From NCBI GenBank assembly GCA_965112155.1, contig OZ218104.1: a stretch of DNA of 64,000 bases; one strand, given 5' to 3'. Positions within the stretch are counted from its first letter, which is position 1. Every line of letters begins with the position of its first letter. This DNA is from Podarcis liolepis (taxonomy: Eukaryota). This document shows, piece by piece, positions 23,051 to 35,710 of this stretch. The notes beneath the pieces were generated by a model. That model searched no databases, was not told where the DNA came from, and saw only the letters and a list, made by a program, of their open reading frames with translations. A program made the translations under genes and the position numbers.

Positions 23051-23526
23051 CTGCAGGTGAGAGAGAAAGCAAAACACAAGATGCTTTTGGAGTTAATCAT
23101 ATCTGCAGTCCACCCTTCACCCATAGTACTCAAGGTTATGTGCATAAACTTATCTATTTTTGGTCCCACACCAGCTTGAGGGGTTTGGCTAGGACCCTAT
23201 GAGCTTCATAACTTAGTGGGGATTTAAACCCTGGGTGAAGAATTAAACCATGATTTCCTCAGTCATGTGTGAATTCATTTGTTACATTTTTAGGTGTACA
23301 TCTCTTACTAAAGAAATTCATTGAGCAAGAACTTGATGAATATTTAAAGTATTATATTCCATGCTCTTCATTTTGTATTGTATTACAAACATTATTATAC
23401 ATATTAAAATAATAACATATTTTTTAAAAATATGTGAATAAGAAGTCTGCATTTGGAAACAGAGGTTTGCCTCTGTAACATGTTAAGGTGTCGTTAACTC
23501 ACTTGCATTCCTCCTCTACCCATTAC

Positions 23527-23751
23527 CTGATTAAATCTGGAGCAGTCACAACCAAATTAAGGAAAATTTCACAACACGTCTGAAGGCTGGTTTCCACAGT
23601 AGTCGATGTAGTCAGGGCATCTGTATTTGAAACAAATATCTCCCACCGGTACAAGAAATATTGGCACAGGAGTACCGGCGCCCCCTCTGAAATGAGGATT
23701 CCACGGGGTCGATCCTCTGCAGTCAAGTGGCTTAAGCCAGGTAAGAGGAAT
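23527..23751 (-). CDS. NCDN: Neurochondrin coding exon 4 ([16 protein letters not shown]...[12 protein letters not shown])
   Basis: 225 nt, tttcag|ATT ... AG|gtaatg, phase 2 to 2. Confidence 0.96.
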
Positions 23752-26610
23752 CTGAAAGGGGACATGGAAGTGTTGGAACTAAGTTAAAGGCAGAGGGGTT
23801 TTTTTCCATTTATTTAACGCATTTATATACCCAAGCTCTTAAGACAAAAAAAGTCCCTCGAGCAGCTTACAAAAACCACTAACTAGATAGTCCATGGCCT
23901 CAAGCTTCTGACAGCAAAGTTTAACAAGGAAGTTGTTACGACCATGGTGAAATTAAAATGCATTTCAACCTGGAATATGGATTTTCTATAGTAAAAAACC
24001 CAAGCCAGTTACAAAAGATTTGCTACTGAAGAGCTGCCACCTTAGGTCAGCTCAACAGCAAGCCCAATGCCATACCCTAGCACTGGCTACTGCTGAATAT
24101 ATTCAAAAAAAGGCCCAACAATTTTTGCACAAAGTAATGAGACCCTGCTGCACCTTCTGCCAATCTGACCAATAACGGAGCCTCTCCCATTATATTTGCA
24201 AAACATGACTAGGGGTGGGAAATTAAATATCAAAGTAAGATCTGAAATGTTCAGACTGCTTATTATAATGGGGTCTGGGCATTTTGTCTTGTTTATCCCA
24301 TAAAGTTTGTTTCTTGAAAGCATTTGTACCCAATCTTTCCTAAGTCTTTCTTTTCTTTTCCGGGCAGCCCACAATGATTAACACATAATAACAGACCGCA
24401 GGAGGACAGGTTTATAAAGTTAGCCTTAGATACCCCTGGCTCCTTTCTTACACTAGTCAAAGTCCTGATTATTTTTTTAAGGAGGAAATTATGTAAGTCC
24501 TAACACAATGAAGGGAGAAGTAGTTGCATAGAACTGGGACAACTACCAGAGGCACCGCTCCATACCCCTGCCTTGCCACCTAAGCAGATGGCAGGTAGGT
24601 GTACTGTAGCTCGTGACACTGCAGCAGCTAGGCAGTATTACACTACACATTATATCCTTATTGTAAAATGCAGGAGAGCGAACCGGCTCCAAACAATTCA
24701 AACATTCTTAGAAGAGTACAGCCATACAAGGGAGCTCAGGAACCTGGTTAAAGGTTGTAGGTCACCCAGGATGGAGGCCAATTTTGGAGGAGGGGACTGG
24801 GTATGCAGTGACTGTTGGGAATCACATACACTCCAGCAAGACCTGTTTTAACAGTCTGGGAACATGACAAGGCTGCACATGGTTGGGTCTTCTCTCCCCT
24901 CCTTTGATGCTAATTGGTAGGGACTCCGTGCCCAATCCTTAACAGAGCCAGGACAACATCCTACCTTTGGTTCTCAAGTGACACAGCTGACCGCAGCTGA
25001 AGGGCTGGTTTCAACTCAAGAAGCTTATTGGTGGTCTGGCCTTCCCACAGCTTTTATTACTGGTCCCACTAGAGTGGGAGTTGGTGATCATTGGGACTGA
25101 TAGGATAGAAGGGAGGATAATCAACAGCAGGTGAGGCCAGAGCCAACTAATTCCAGGTTTGCCCCCTGCTGAAGTATATATGGCGTGACAGCACTGAGGC
25201 TAAGAAGGAGGAAGCCGACAACCAGTGCTGTTAAGTAAGAAGGCAGGCAGGCAGGACTGGCTATGGGGCAGGCTGAAGTTGGTGGGGCAGTGCCCCATTT
25301 GCCTTAATGAACCAGCCTTTGTTGCTTAAAAGATGGGAACAAAGGAACTTGATGGAACTTTGCATATTTAAAATCAAGGTGGATTTGCATCCTGGAAGCT
25401 GTTCCTACATGGCTCCTGATCCTACATATCCAACAAAACCAACCTCAGAGCTGAGAGACTGGTGAAAAGAGGAAGAAAGAAAAGGAAAGGAAAGGAAAGA
25501 AAAGAAAAGAAGAAAAGCAAGCAGAGAGAGTGAACTCAAAGTAAACTGAATCACAGGAGTCAATATTGATGGGTTGATTTTTCCAGACCCAAGCTTGTAA
25601 TGCCATTCCACATCAGGAAGGTTGCAAAGAGTTCTCCAGGGAACACAGATGACTCACTTGGGAACCTTTGTGCTATAGTCAGGCGCCCACGAACAAATGC
25701 TGCTCCCACATGGTCTCAGGATTAGAAACCATCAGTAAGAGCTGTTGCATAAGCCTTTCTAGTGTTCATCATGCCATTGCTGATGGGTGGCCAGAAGCTG
25801 CCTTAGATAGACAAGAATGCTTGGCAAGTAAGCAGCTTACCCTCAACAGCATCCTGGTCCAGGGTAGAGGGGAAGGGGGCAGCACTACTGAAGGAGTCCT
25901 GCTAACTGCTAAGTTTTATACACGCTAATTGCAACAACAATAAATCTACTGCTATCAAATACTTGGGCTTCCAATTACCATCACTTCTGTCTTGCCTGGA
26001 ATTCAGCCTCAGTTTCCCTGCTTGTATCCAACTGATCACAGCCACTGCTGTTGCTCTTGGTTGCCTAGCTAAAATATGCAGCACTGGGAGTCACCAACAC
26101 TCTCCCCCACAGTTTCATGTAAATGTTTAAAAAAGAGCCCTGGTGGCAATATAAGACCCCTGTAAAAACTCTACACCTCTTATCTCCGGAGGAGAGTAAG
26201 CTGCCACCCCAAGATGGAATCTAGCCCAAGTCATTTCCACACTGATAACTAAGATGACAAAAGAAAAGCTTCATATTATGCTTTAGTTGAGATTCTTGCA
26301 TTGCAGGCGGTTGGACCAGATGACTCTTATGGTCCCTTCCAAGTCTACAATTCTATTCTGTGAAGAACGTTTCCAAAAATGTAGCAGCGCAGAATTTTAT
26401 CAGTGTATCAGCGAGGCAGAGGTTTGCCTAAGGCCCCTCAAGGACTTTAATGTCCAAGCTGAAACTCCAGCCAGAATGTTCCTGATCCTCAGCTCATCAT
26501 TAGAAGTGTTTAAGCAGAATAAACCTAAAGTGGTTCTGATTCCCAAACTGGAATCTAGAAGGCATAAAGCAGCAAAACAACATATTTCAACACTCAACGC
26601 TGTAATTTAC

Positions 26611-26852
26611 CTTATAGCATCTCCTTGCCAAACAGGAGGCTGGATGCTGCTTTGCCCAGCCTGCTCTGCCTCCTGCTGCAAACTACTTCTGACTCTCTTC
26701 TCCTCCTCAAACCGCATCTTGGCATAGTAGATGAGGAAAGGCAGAAGGTCACAGATCTCTTGCTTGAGGGAAGATGTCTCTTCAGCCAGCCAGGCCCCAA
26801 GGATTCGAACAGAGGCAAAGATGAAAGGGTCGTCCAGCTTCTTTCGCCCTAC
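26611..26852 (-). CDS. NCDN: Neurochondrin coding exon 3 (VGRKKLDDPFIFASVRILGAWLAEETSSL...GDAIR)
   Basis: 242 nt, cacag|GTA ... AG|gtaaat, phase 0 to 2. Confidence 0.96.
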
Positions 26853-27444
26853 CTGTGGGACAGAGAAAGCAGTCACAAACATGTTGTAAATCAGTGAGGC
26901 TGGGATGAGTGACATTGTGAGCCAGACAAAGGAAAGTGAGCATGTACCATCTGTTAAATCCAAGCTGATAAGCCGCAGAGCCTGCAGGACCACAAGCACT
27001 TCAGCTACTTGGCCAAAACAGCAATCTGGGGAAACAGTAGATTCTTTCCACCTTTTCTACCATCCTTGATGGATTTCAAAGGCCTTGATTGGCTCCCAGT
27101 TCAGTCTTCCCTACATAAACAAAAGTTAAGGCAGCCCCCATTTCAGAGCTCTATGCCCTGCTGTGTTATTCAGAACTTCCACATTTTCATTTAGTCCAGG
27201 GATGCCATTTCTATCTCCCCCTTTCCTCCTCTGCTCCTTGTCCTGTACTATGGTTCATTTCCCTCAATACTAGTTTGGGCTTCCTACCCACAAGAATTGC
27301 CTCACTTGGACACCAGATGACTCCTACCAACCTGGCACAGTTGACAGCCTCGGACCCTCATAAAGGTAAGACTGTTAACTGCTTCCCGAACTCCTGAGAG
27401 AGGCAGCCTTATAAGATTGGAAGATTTTGGGAGTCTTACTATAC

Positions 27445-28422
27445 CTGTCTCAAGTAGTGTATGACAGCCCCGAAGGCTTCCTCCAGGATCCCCACCAACT
27501 GCACTTTCTGCGCCTCCAGCAGCAAAGAACCTTTCTCTTTTGTGCACTCCACAATTGCCGTCTCCATCAGAACGTAGCAAGCAGCCATCAGCTCCTGCTT
27601 CTTGTCCACCTCTGCCAGATCCAGCTCCTCCAGAGTCAGGCGGACTTCGACACATGCCAGGTTGGACAGCAAGGCAAAGAACTTGCTGCCAGCACCCCCT
27701 CCTTGGATCCACTCTGAGCCACAGGCTTGTGACAGGCAGGCTGCCAGCTTCAAGGCAGGGTCCCGCTGGGAAGTGCTCAGCTTGCTGGTCAGGATGCTAG
27801 CCAGGCCTCGGTAGAGGGGCAGGAGGCATTCGGTGTTGGGCGAGAGAAGGGGAGGGATGAAGCGGGGCAGCACTTCACACAGCTGGAATTTGGTCATGTC
27901 TTCAGCCTTCTGGAATTCTAGACTAAGTACGTTCAGCACCCCCATGAGGTCAACAGTGGCTCTCTGCCAGCACTTTGCTTCAGCTGCGATCAGAAGCCCC
28001 ACAAGCAGCTTAAAGGCCTGATCAAAGCCATAGCCATGCTTCACATAAGCCCTGCACAGTGCTGGGACAGTGCCCCTGTTCACCAACTCTCTGGGACCCT
28101 TTGGAGTGGCCATGATAGCCCTGAGGCACTGATAAGCATCATCAATCATGGCATTGCAAGAAGCATCTCCTGGCTTGCAAGTTGAAATCACATCATTGAA
28201 AACCGGGATTTTGTTAAGGACCTGGGGATGCCGAGCCAAATCTGGATCGGTGCAGAAGCAGGCCAACAGGGTGAGGCCCAGGGCTTGGAATGTGTGCTGT
28301 GTGCAGCCCTCAGGGGCATCCTTAGACGTCAGAAGCCTGTTTGGGAATGTGAAACCAACCGCGTCAAAGATCCTCCGGCGGGTTTTGGAATTGATTTCTC
28401 CAGCTTTTGCTGCTTTGGTCAC
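27445..28422 (-). CDS. NCDN: Neurochondrin coding exon 2 ([10 protein letters not shown]...AVIHYLRQ)
   Basis: 978 nt open frame, ttcag|GTG ... CAG|gtatag; contains [19 protein letters not shown] and NLACVEVRL, typical of neurochondrin. Confidence 0.97.
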
Positions 28423-28821
28423 CTGAAGGATAAAATCAGGAGGCATCAGAAGCGTGCAGTTTTGTGACATGGCTTGACTGAGCTAGCCATTTCCCTTCCT
28501 CAGCTATAATTGCTTACTAGGCCTCCCCCTCCCTAAGTTCCTCTTGCATGCCACAGACATGGAAGGCTTTGCTCTTTCCTTGTTACAAGGATCTGTGTCC
28601 ACCTTTAGTCTACAGGACAAGAGTGGATGCTATTATCTAACCCAAGTCCTTATCTTAAGCAATTACTAGTAATTATGACTCCCATTTTACAGGTAGAAAA
28701 CTACTGATCACCCAGCCAGCCAGCCAGCTACCATGAATAGCTGGATTCAAAAAGCTTATCTTCATTCCCAAATTTGCTTCCAAAGCAGTCTATTCCTGCC
28801 AGTGCAAGGCCATATTCTTAC

Positions 28822-28947
28822 CAGAAGCAGAGCAGCAAACTGTTCACTATCGTTGCTTGCATCTCTAAGCACATTGAGGCATCTCTCCAGTGTAGGATTC
28901 TTGCTGCTCTCACCATCATCAGGGACAATTCCCGAATTTGAAGCCAT
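28822..28947 (-). CDS. NCDN: Neurochondrin coding exon 1 (MASNSG...DSEQFAALLL); exon acceptor at 28957
   Basis: tacag|AGCTGATATC ATG...CTG|gtaaga; NPTLERCL..LR.A.NDSEQFAALLL matches the neurochondrin N-terminus; 126 coding nt, phase 0. Confidence 0.93.
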
Positions 28948-31900
28948 GATATCAGCTCTGTACGTAAAGACCACCATTGTTTTCATACAACAGGATAGAC
29001 AAAAGATCACCTATCACAGTGACACTGGATAGACCAAGTTCCCCTACAGCAGTGGCTGCTGGCAAAGACACATTGCTCATGCCTAGAACTAATTGGCTAA
29101 CAACAGGGAAGAACCCAAAACTACTGAGCTTTCAGGATTACCAAGTTTTAAGGCAGCTAACGGTAGTACAGTGTAGTAGTTAAGAAAGACTGAGCTATGA
29201 AGCTTGATGCTTACTGGGATACTGCAGTAAGATCAGTAAAAGTGATGGGCAAGCTTCCTGAAAAAGCGTCTTGCCTTGATGCTTTTGCAGCAATAGGCAG
29301 CTGTGGTAACGTGCACATTCTTAGCAGGCAATGATATCTAATAGGCCTAACTAGCACTCCAAATGAAGTCACTTTAGATCTGGGGTTGCCAGCATGCATG
29401 CAATGGAACCCTTGAGGCCATCGCTTTCACATCGCATTCACAAAAAATCCAAGACCCCACCCTCTCGCACTGCAACCTTTGTCCCAAGACAGAGTATGGG
29501 CAATTACCTTTTCCTCTTAGAAAGGTAGAGTTGAATGAAGAATCGAGACAAAGTGATGCTCTTTCACCTCTATATGATTCTTAAGGTTCAGAACAGCACC
29601 TGGCCAGGTGAACAGAAAGCAGAGTGATGAAAATGGGGGGGGGGCAGAGTCAAGGGAAGAAGGGGGAGTGCTGCAGGAGTCAGGTAGGGTGGGGATATAG
29701 AGCAGGCACCTGTTTTTGTGGTGCTTGCAAGCACCAGATCTGTGGTTTCTACTGTGCCAATGCAAACTTTAACTTGATGGTGGTTGGGGGGACTCTGAGC
29801 AAAGCAATGCAAATTCAAGATATGTTGCAGTTTTGCCTGATTTGACTTTACCCACACCCTATGTAAAAACAAATAACCTGTGTGCACGCTTGCTCTCTTT
29901 TATGTAGGGACCTCCAGGGGAGGGGAGAAAGAATGCAACTAGAAGAGGTGGTATCCATTCAAAATTGCAAATGTGCCGGTGGGCTCAAAAAGGTAGGCAA
30001 TGTCAGCTTTAGACCATGCCCAAAATAGCGACGAGGAACCTATGGTCTGTCACATGTTGCTGGGACTCCAACGCTCACCATCTTCAAGTGCCAGTAAAGG
30101 CAAACAGGGAGGACACCCATCTTTGGGTTAGGACAGTCAGCTTTCCATAGTTATCTACTCTTGCCAAGTGCCAGGGTAGATTCTCTCAGAGGGTTTTTTA
30201 AAATGGCAATTGCTCTGAAATATTCATCTTCTCTCTCATGTGCGTGTAGGTTTAAGAAGGCAGTTTAAAAACCCTAAAGTACTCAAAAAGCAAGGCTGTG
30301 GTATTTGGAAAGAGACACCAGAAACTCTAACTGTAAACAGATGAGTAACTGATTGACCTAAGAGGTGAATTTAAATGCCTAGAAATTCAGAATTCAGTTT
30401 AATGATACATTTTCTTGGGAAATCTGTAGAGAGGTTTCAGCTTCTACAACTTTGGACACCATATTAAACTGTTGTATAGAAAGGGGTGTTCTAATAGACC
30501 CTGCTTTAAAGTGGTTTCAAAACAAGGTAATGACTCAGAATTTTTTATAGGGCTGATTTTGTATAGGGCTGAAGTATCTATTGTCGACTGAAGAGTGGCT
30601 CCCTGCAAGGATTAATGAAAGGCAATTTCTGTGTTGCTAGGAAATGTGTGCACTTTAATTTTTAACCTCTATAAAAAATGTTATGCTCTTTATTTGTTAG
30701 TACTGCTATGGAAAGGGTGCTGGTTATATCATTGCTAATAATTGATTGCATTGGAAATGTTTATCCAAGCTGGTTCTGGCTGATATAGTTCAGCTCACTG
30801 ATGTTAACTGATACATGTGTTTGATCATTTATTTTATAATTAGTTTAGAATGTTATAATATCCACATCATCAGAAGTGATCTATTTATTTGGATTGGCAT
30901 ATTCTGTTTTGAAATGAGTTAGCAGTTAGACTGTTATAGTAATGATGCATTGTTCTGTGTTTTTTGCTGTCACATTGGGAGCTGCTTTGGGCAAATGTGT
31001 GCAGAAGCAACATACACAATGGAATAATAAATAAAGTACGGGACTGGGATGTTTCCCAAATGTTGAAGCTGGAATCTTTACAGAACAGTTTCTTGAAGAA
31101 ATTGTTGGCTCTGCCCTACTACTCCTAATTCATTCAGAAACACAACTTTCTTCAATCTCATCCAGTAACCATAACGCTATAATTTATTGTTATAATTATG
31201 GACAATTCTTCAGATAGATTTAACAGGCTTTTAGTGTCGGCAGCTTCAGCTCTCTGGAACCGATGACCAGCTGAAATCACACAGATGAAGTCATACAGAT
31301 GCCTAGCATGGGGCTGTGTAGGTGCCTTCTGAAGACATTTTTGTTTAGGAAGGCTTTCCCCAAGGTGTAACCCAGTCATTTATGAAAGATAAATTTTATA
31401 CCTGGTAAAAGGTTTCTGCTGTTTTTAAGTTTATGTTTCTGTGTTTCGTTCTGTTTTTACGCTTTATGTCATGACACAGTCTATAAATTTGTTTACTAAA
31501 AATAAAATCTGTCTAAATTGATACTGAATTGCAAGGACTGGGTTTCCAGATATCAGAAGATACTCAGATTTTAATGTTTCTGCATACACTTTAGTCACCT
31601 CAACAGAGATGTCAATCTCATCTGATAAAATTAATGCTCTAAGGTAATGAATGACCATGGTAGAGTAAAAAAATGACCATGGTAGAGTTGCCAGTTTAGT
31701 TAAGTCTTACGTCTGCTAAACTCAGGCAAAGCTTTTCTGGCTCAGTGTAGATGCTTTCATGCAATCACTACTTTTAATTCTGTTCTTTATGCCTGGAATC
31801 CTGTTTTAAGGTTTCTAGATACTATTTTATTGGGATTACACACAAACAAAACCATCCTAGAAAACATTGTCTATTGCCAGATATCATCATCATTAATTAC

Positions 31901-32801
31901 TTGCTTTCACTAGAAAGTCCAAGGCAGGGTTCCACTAATGTAAAGTGCAACATTAAAAGAGTTTATAACAATTTACTATCATAACTAGAGCAGGCCCTAG
32001 AAATATAGGGATGTGGTCAACTAAGTCCTGCTCAAAGTAGATCCAGTGAAATTAAATTAGCCATTTCTATTAACTTCAATAGGTCTGTTCTGAGTAGTAA
32101 AAGACTGAATACGACACATTTTGTTGTTGTAGTTTTTGGACAACAACAACAACAATAGTTTATTCTAGAGAATATTTGGAGAATATTCTCAAGAATATTC
32201 TCAATTAATGAGGTTTGCACATTTAAAGCAGCTGTGTAGACACAGAATTTACAGTTTTTGGAGAATATTCTCCGGAGAATATTCTCATCTCACATCACTA
32301 TGGACAAGGATAACTTACATTTGTTGATTTCAATGGGTCTACTCTGAGTAGGACTCTGCCAACTAGAATGTCAAAGGCCAGGGTAAAGAGCTATATCGTC
32401 AGCATTCCAAGATTTATATTGTGTCTTTTTTATGTTTGGATCTTTGCAGCAGTGAGTGCAAATAGTGCTTTCAGAGATAGCTATAAATTGTCATGATAAT
32501 GCCACGATTTGATGATAGTTTTATTATTTTACTGCATTTTCATCCCTTGTTTTTACTGTTTGTTTTTCTTGCTTTTTAAATAATTGATTCTGGCTCTCAT
32601 TAAATATTTTTAGTACCTGCATTGGCAAACATGATTTACTGTTCACTCTTCAGCCTGTCTGAATTTCTGCAAAGGCCTTTGGTGATAAGCAATAAAAGTT
32701 TAATTTGGCTGACTCTCATCAGCCCTGGTCAGTCATAAAGAATGATGGAAATTTTACTCCAGCAACATCTGCAGAGCCAAAGGTACCACATCTCTACCCT
32801 G

Positions 32802-32803
<2 letters not shown>

Positions 32804-32834
<31 letters not shown>
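32804..32834. repeat. (CA)n microsatellite
   Basis: Seen directly. Confidence 0.97.
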
Positions 32835-32836
<2 letters not shown>

Positions 32837-34375
32837 AAGATTCTGCAGTAGATTATATGGCAAACAAGTCAATTTTTGTAAACACCTTTGAGTTTATTTG
32901 GTTGGTCCCCCCACCAAGTGGTTTATTTATTTTTGTTTAATAAAATTCATATATGTGGCAATAAGGCACTATATAAACCACAAAGTTACATAAAATAGAC
33001 AAAGATTAGGTATTTAGACCATGAATGTTTCAAAACTACACACCACCAAAACCCCACCCAAATTTAAAACAAATTTCACGTGGGGGCAGTTTTTTGCTTG
33101 CAATCCAGATTTCCTGGTTATTTTTGAAGACTTGGCTGTACCTCGGTGAAGAAAAGAGAACAAAAAGTCTTGTGACACTTTAACATACCAACAGATTGTT
33201 TAAGTGGTAATAGTGACATCTGCTCATCAGTAACAATGTAGCACAAGACTTGGCGGTCACATTATGTCTGCCCCCAGTCCTGCTCCCTAAAAGACAGAAA
33301 TGAATGCATGCGTCTTCTTGTGTGAAAAATAAATGAATTTTTCATTAGCTGCCCTGCAGACATTAACTGCAGTGGGCTACAAATGATAAAATTTACAATA
33401 TTATTTTTCCCATCCCACAGATGGGGTGTGTATACATATCCTGTAAGCCAAAATACTCATTCAGGGCTGGAAGTGGGGGGTGTAAGAAGGAAAACCAATG
33501 ACAAATCTGTAACATTGTCCACTGTTAGTATACCCAAATTGCAGATTGGGATGGGTGGGGAGGCAGGAAAATGGCTTACAACGATCCATTACTGTGATCT
33601 ATGATTAGACCAATATACCAAGGATTCTGAGGCAGGGACCCCTGTCCTAATAACACCGCACTCCTACTATTCTAACATCTGTGGAGATTCATTACATTTA
33701 TATCCCTTCTTTTCTCCAGGGTGACATGGTTTTTCCCACCCTCCCATTTCATCCTCACAACAATCTTGTAATTAACATATTTCTATTCGCCCTTGCAGAA
33801 CAAGTCCTCAGAAAGCCTAAAAATAAAAAATGTTTTTAAAAAAACAACTTGTCAAACACAGGCAGCAATAAGATTTATAAAAAGCTTGGAAAAATAAGGG
33901 GACTACTTAAAAGCCACAATAGATTGGGGAAGGGGGGGGAGGCAATTTCACAAATACAGTGCCACCACTGAAAAGGCATTCTCCCTGATACAGACATCAG
34001 GCTACTGGCCTGTTTGACCATAGTGATTGACCAGAATGCAGGACAGCTCTTAGCATCTGAGCAGGTTCATATAGGAGTACTTGGTCTGTCAAATGCAATC
34101 CTTATCTGGATTTATGCCCCGGAGAAATCAACAGGGCATACTTCTAGGAAGGTGTACATACATACAACTATGTGCAAGTTGAACCTTGAACAAGTAACCA
34201 TCTGTCTGCATTATCTGCAATTGTTTTGTGAATTACCATTGCCAATTATGTAATTATCAGCATATCTGTACTTTCTGCATTTCATTTCTCTCCGATCACA
34301 CTGTGCACAATTCCTTCCTTAAACCATGTGGATATATACCTGAATTTCAGATATGCATCTAATAAAGTAGTCTTG

Positions 34376-34498
34376 CATCTAATAAAGTAGACTGCAGTCC
34401 ACAAACACTTACGCCATAAGTGTTAGTCTTTGCCACAAGGTGTCACAAGACTCTGCTATTTTTACTGCAACAGACTAACATGGCTAACCGTCTGGAAA
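34376..34498 (+). mobile_element. Degenerate Penelope-like terminal repeat fragment
   Basis: GTTAGTCTT..AAGGTGTCACAAGACTC...TGCAACAGACTAACATGGCTA resembles squamate PLE pseudo-LTRs as I recall them; reversed pieces near 10855-10890 and 33150-33200. Confidence 0.55.
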
Positions 34499-34899
34499 CG
34501 GGTAACCAACGCAACCGGTGAAAAATCGGCGAGATAAGATAAAACTACCTAGCCCCTACAAGCATTCTGCTTCAGCTGAACTTTCTGGACAAAAAGCCCT
34601 CAGGAATTAACATGAAATAGCCTAGTCTCAGAGGAGCTAGCTAAAAAGCTTTCACTAGGCCAGTCGCTGAGTGGGGATTTGCACCTGGGTCCAAAAATAT
34701 TTCACCACTTACCCTGGGTGCAGGTCCAAAAATATTTCACCACTTACCCTTCCAAGGTTGCTCACAACATATTAAAGCAATAAAATGTTTGCAAGCATAA
34801 AACATTTTCTGCAAACGCATCTAAAAAAATACTAAGAGCAGCCGCTGCAGAAGCAGCACCACCAGAATAAAACAGATGGATGCTGCATTCCTAACCCCG

Positions 34900-35663
34900 C
34901 TTACTTTAGCGACAGCCGCACAGAATTCAGTGGGACTTACCGCCAAGCAAATCCCGCTAGGATCGCAGCTCTAGGCTCGTGCAAAAGCTGACCGGAAGTC
35001 TTCCCCAGGACACCAAACGGGAGATGCGAAATGCCACTAAAGGAAGAGCCTGCGCGCGTGGCGCATGCTAGAACGCGCAGGCTCTGCCAGAGGTGCATTT
35101 GCTCCCTCCTTAATAGCGCACCCACAGACACCCACCCAAGCCCTCAGCCTCCGCATACGTGACGCACTTCGCTTTTGCTCTCGTTAGAGAGCACCCCCCT
35201 CATCTCCACCCCCCTCATCTCCGCAAACACCGACACTCACCTTTTCCTCCAAGCAGGATCCGTCACTGGCGCAAGAAAAACACTATATTACATCCCCTTC
35301 CCTTCTTACCTCCGTCTCACCTCCTCTCAGCCCCCGCACTCACTAGCCTCACCAGCCCACGCACGCGCTCCTTAACCAATCAACCTCCCCCTTACTACCC
35401 CTTTCGCCAATAGCGCTTCGAGTTCATAAGACGTGCCCTAAGAAGCCACCGCCTCCATGTCAGATATGGGCATTTTCCACCTCCTCCACAAACCCCCTCT
35501 CTTTAAAAAAAACAAACCGTGGTGGTTGGGGGGCCGAAACACATTGTCCCTCGCGAAAACCTCGCAATCGTAGCAACGGCGCGCGGTCTTTTTCCGTTTC
35601 CGGCCAACCCAGCCCTGATTGGCTGGCCGGCCTGGCCTGCAAGGCGTACCTTTTTGTATTTCC

Positions 35664-35710
<47 letters not shown>

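Noticed and set aside
30200-31700. Endogenous viral element or hidden gene in the AT-rich NCDN first intron
   Set aside because: Only faint, stop-ridden LINE-like words (e.g. KSKAVVFGK...FKCLEI); nothing resembling parvoviral Rep/Cap or retroviral genes was recognised by eye here or elsewhere in the window. A tBLASTx search would be needed to exclude very old remnants.
34376-34415. Intact hammerhead ribozyme in the Penelope-like fragment
   Set aside because: Core words are degenerate (CTAATAA for CTGANGA, CAAA for GAAA).
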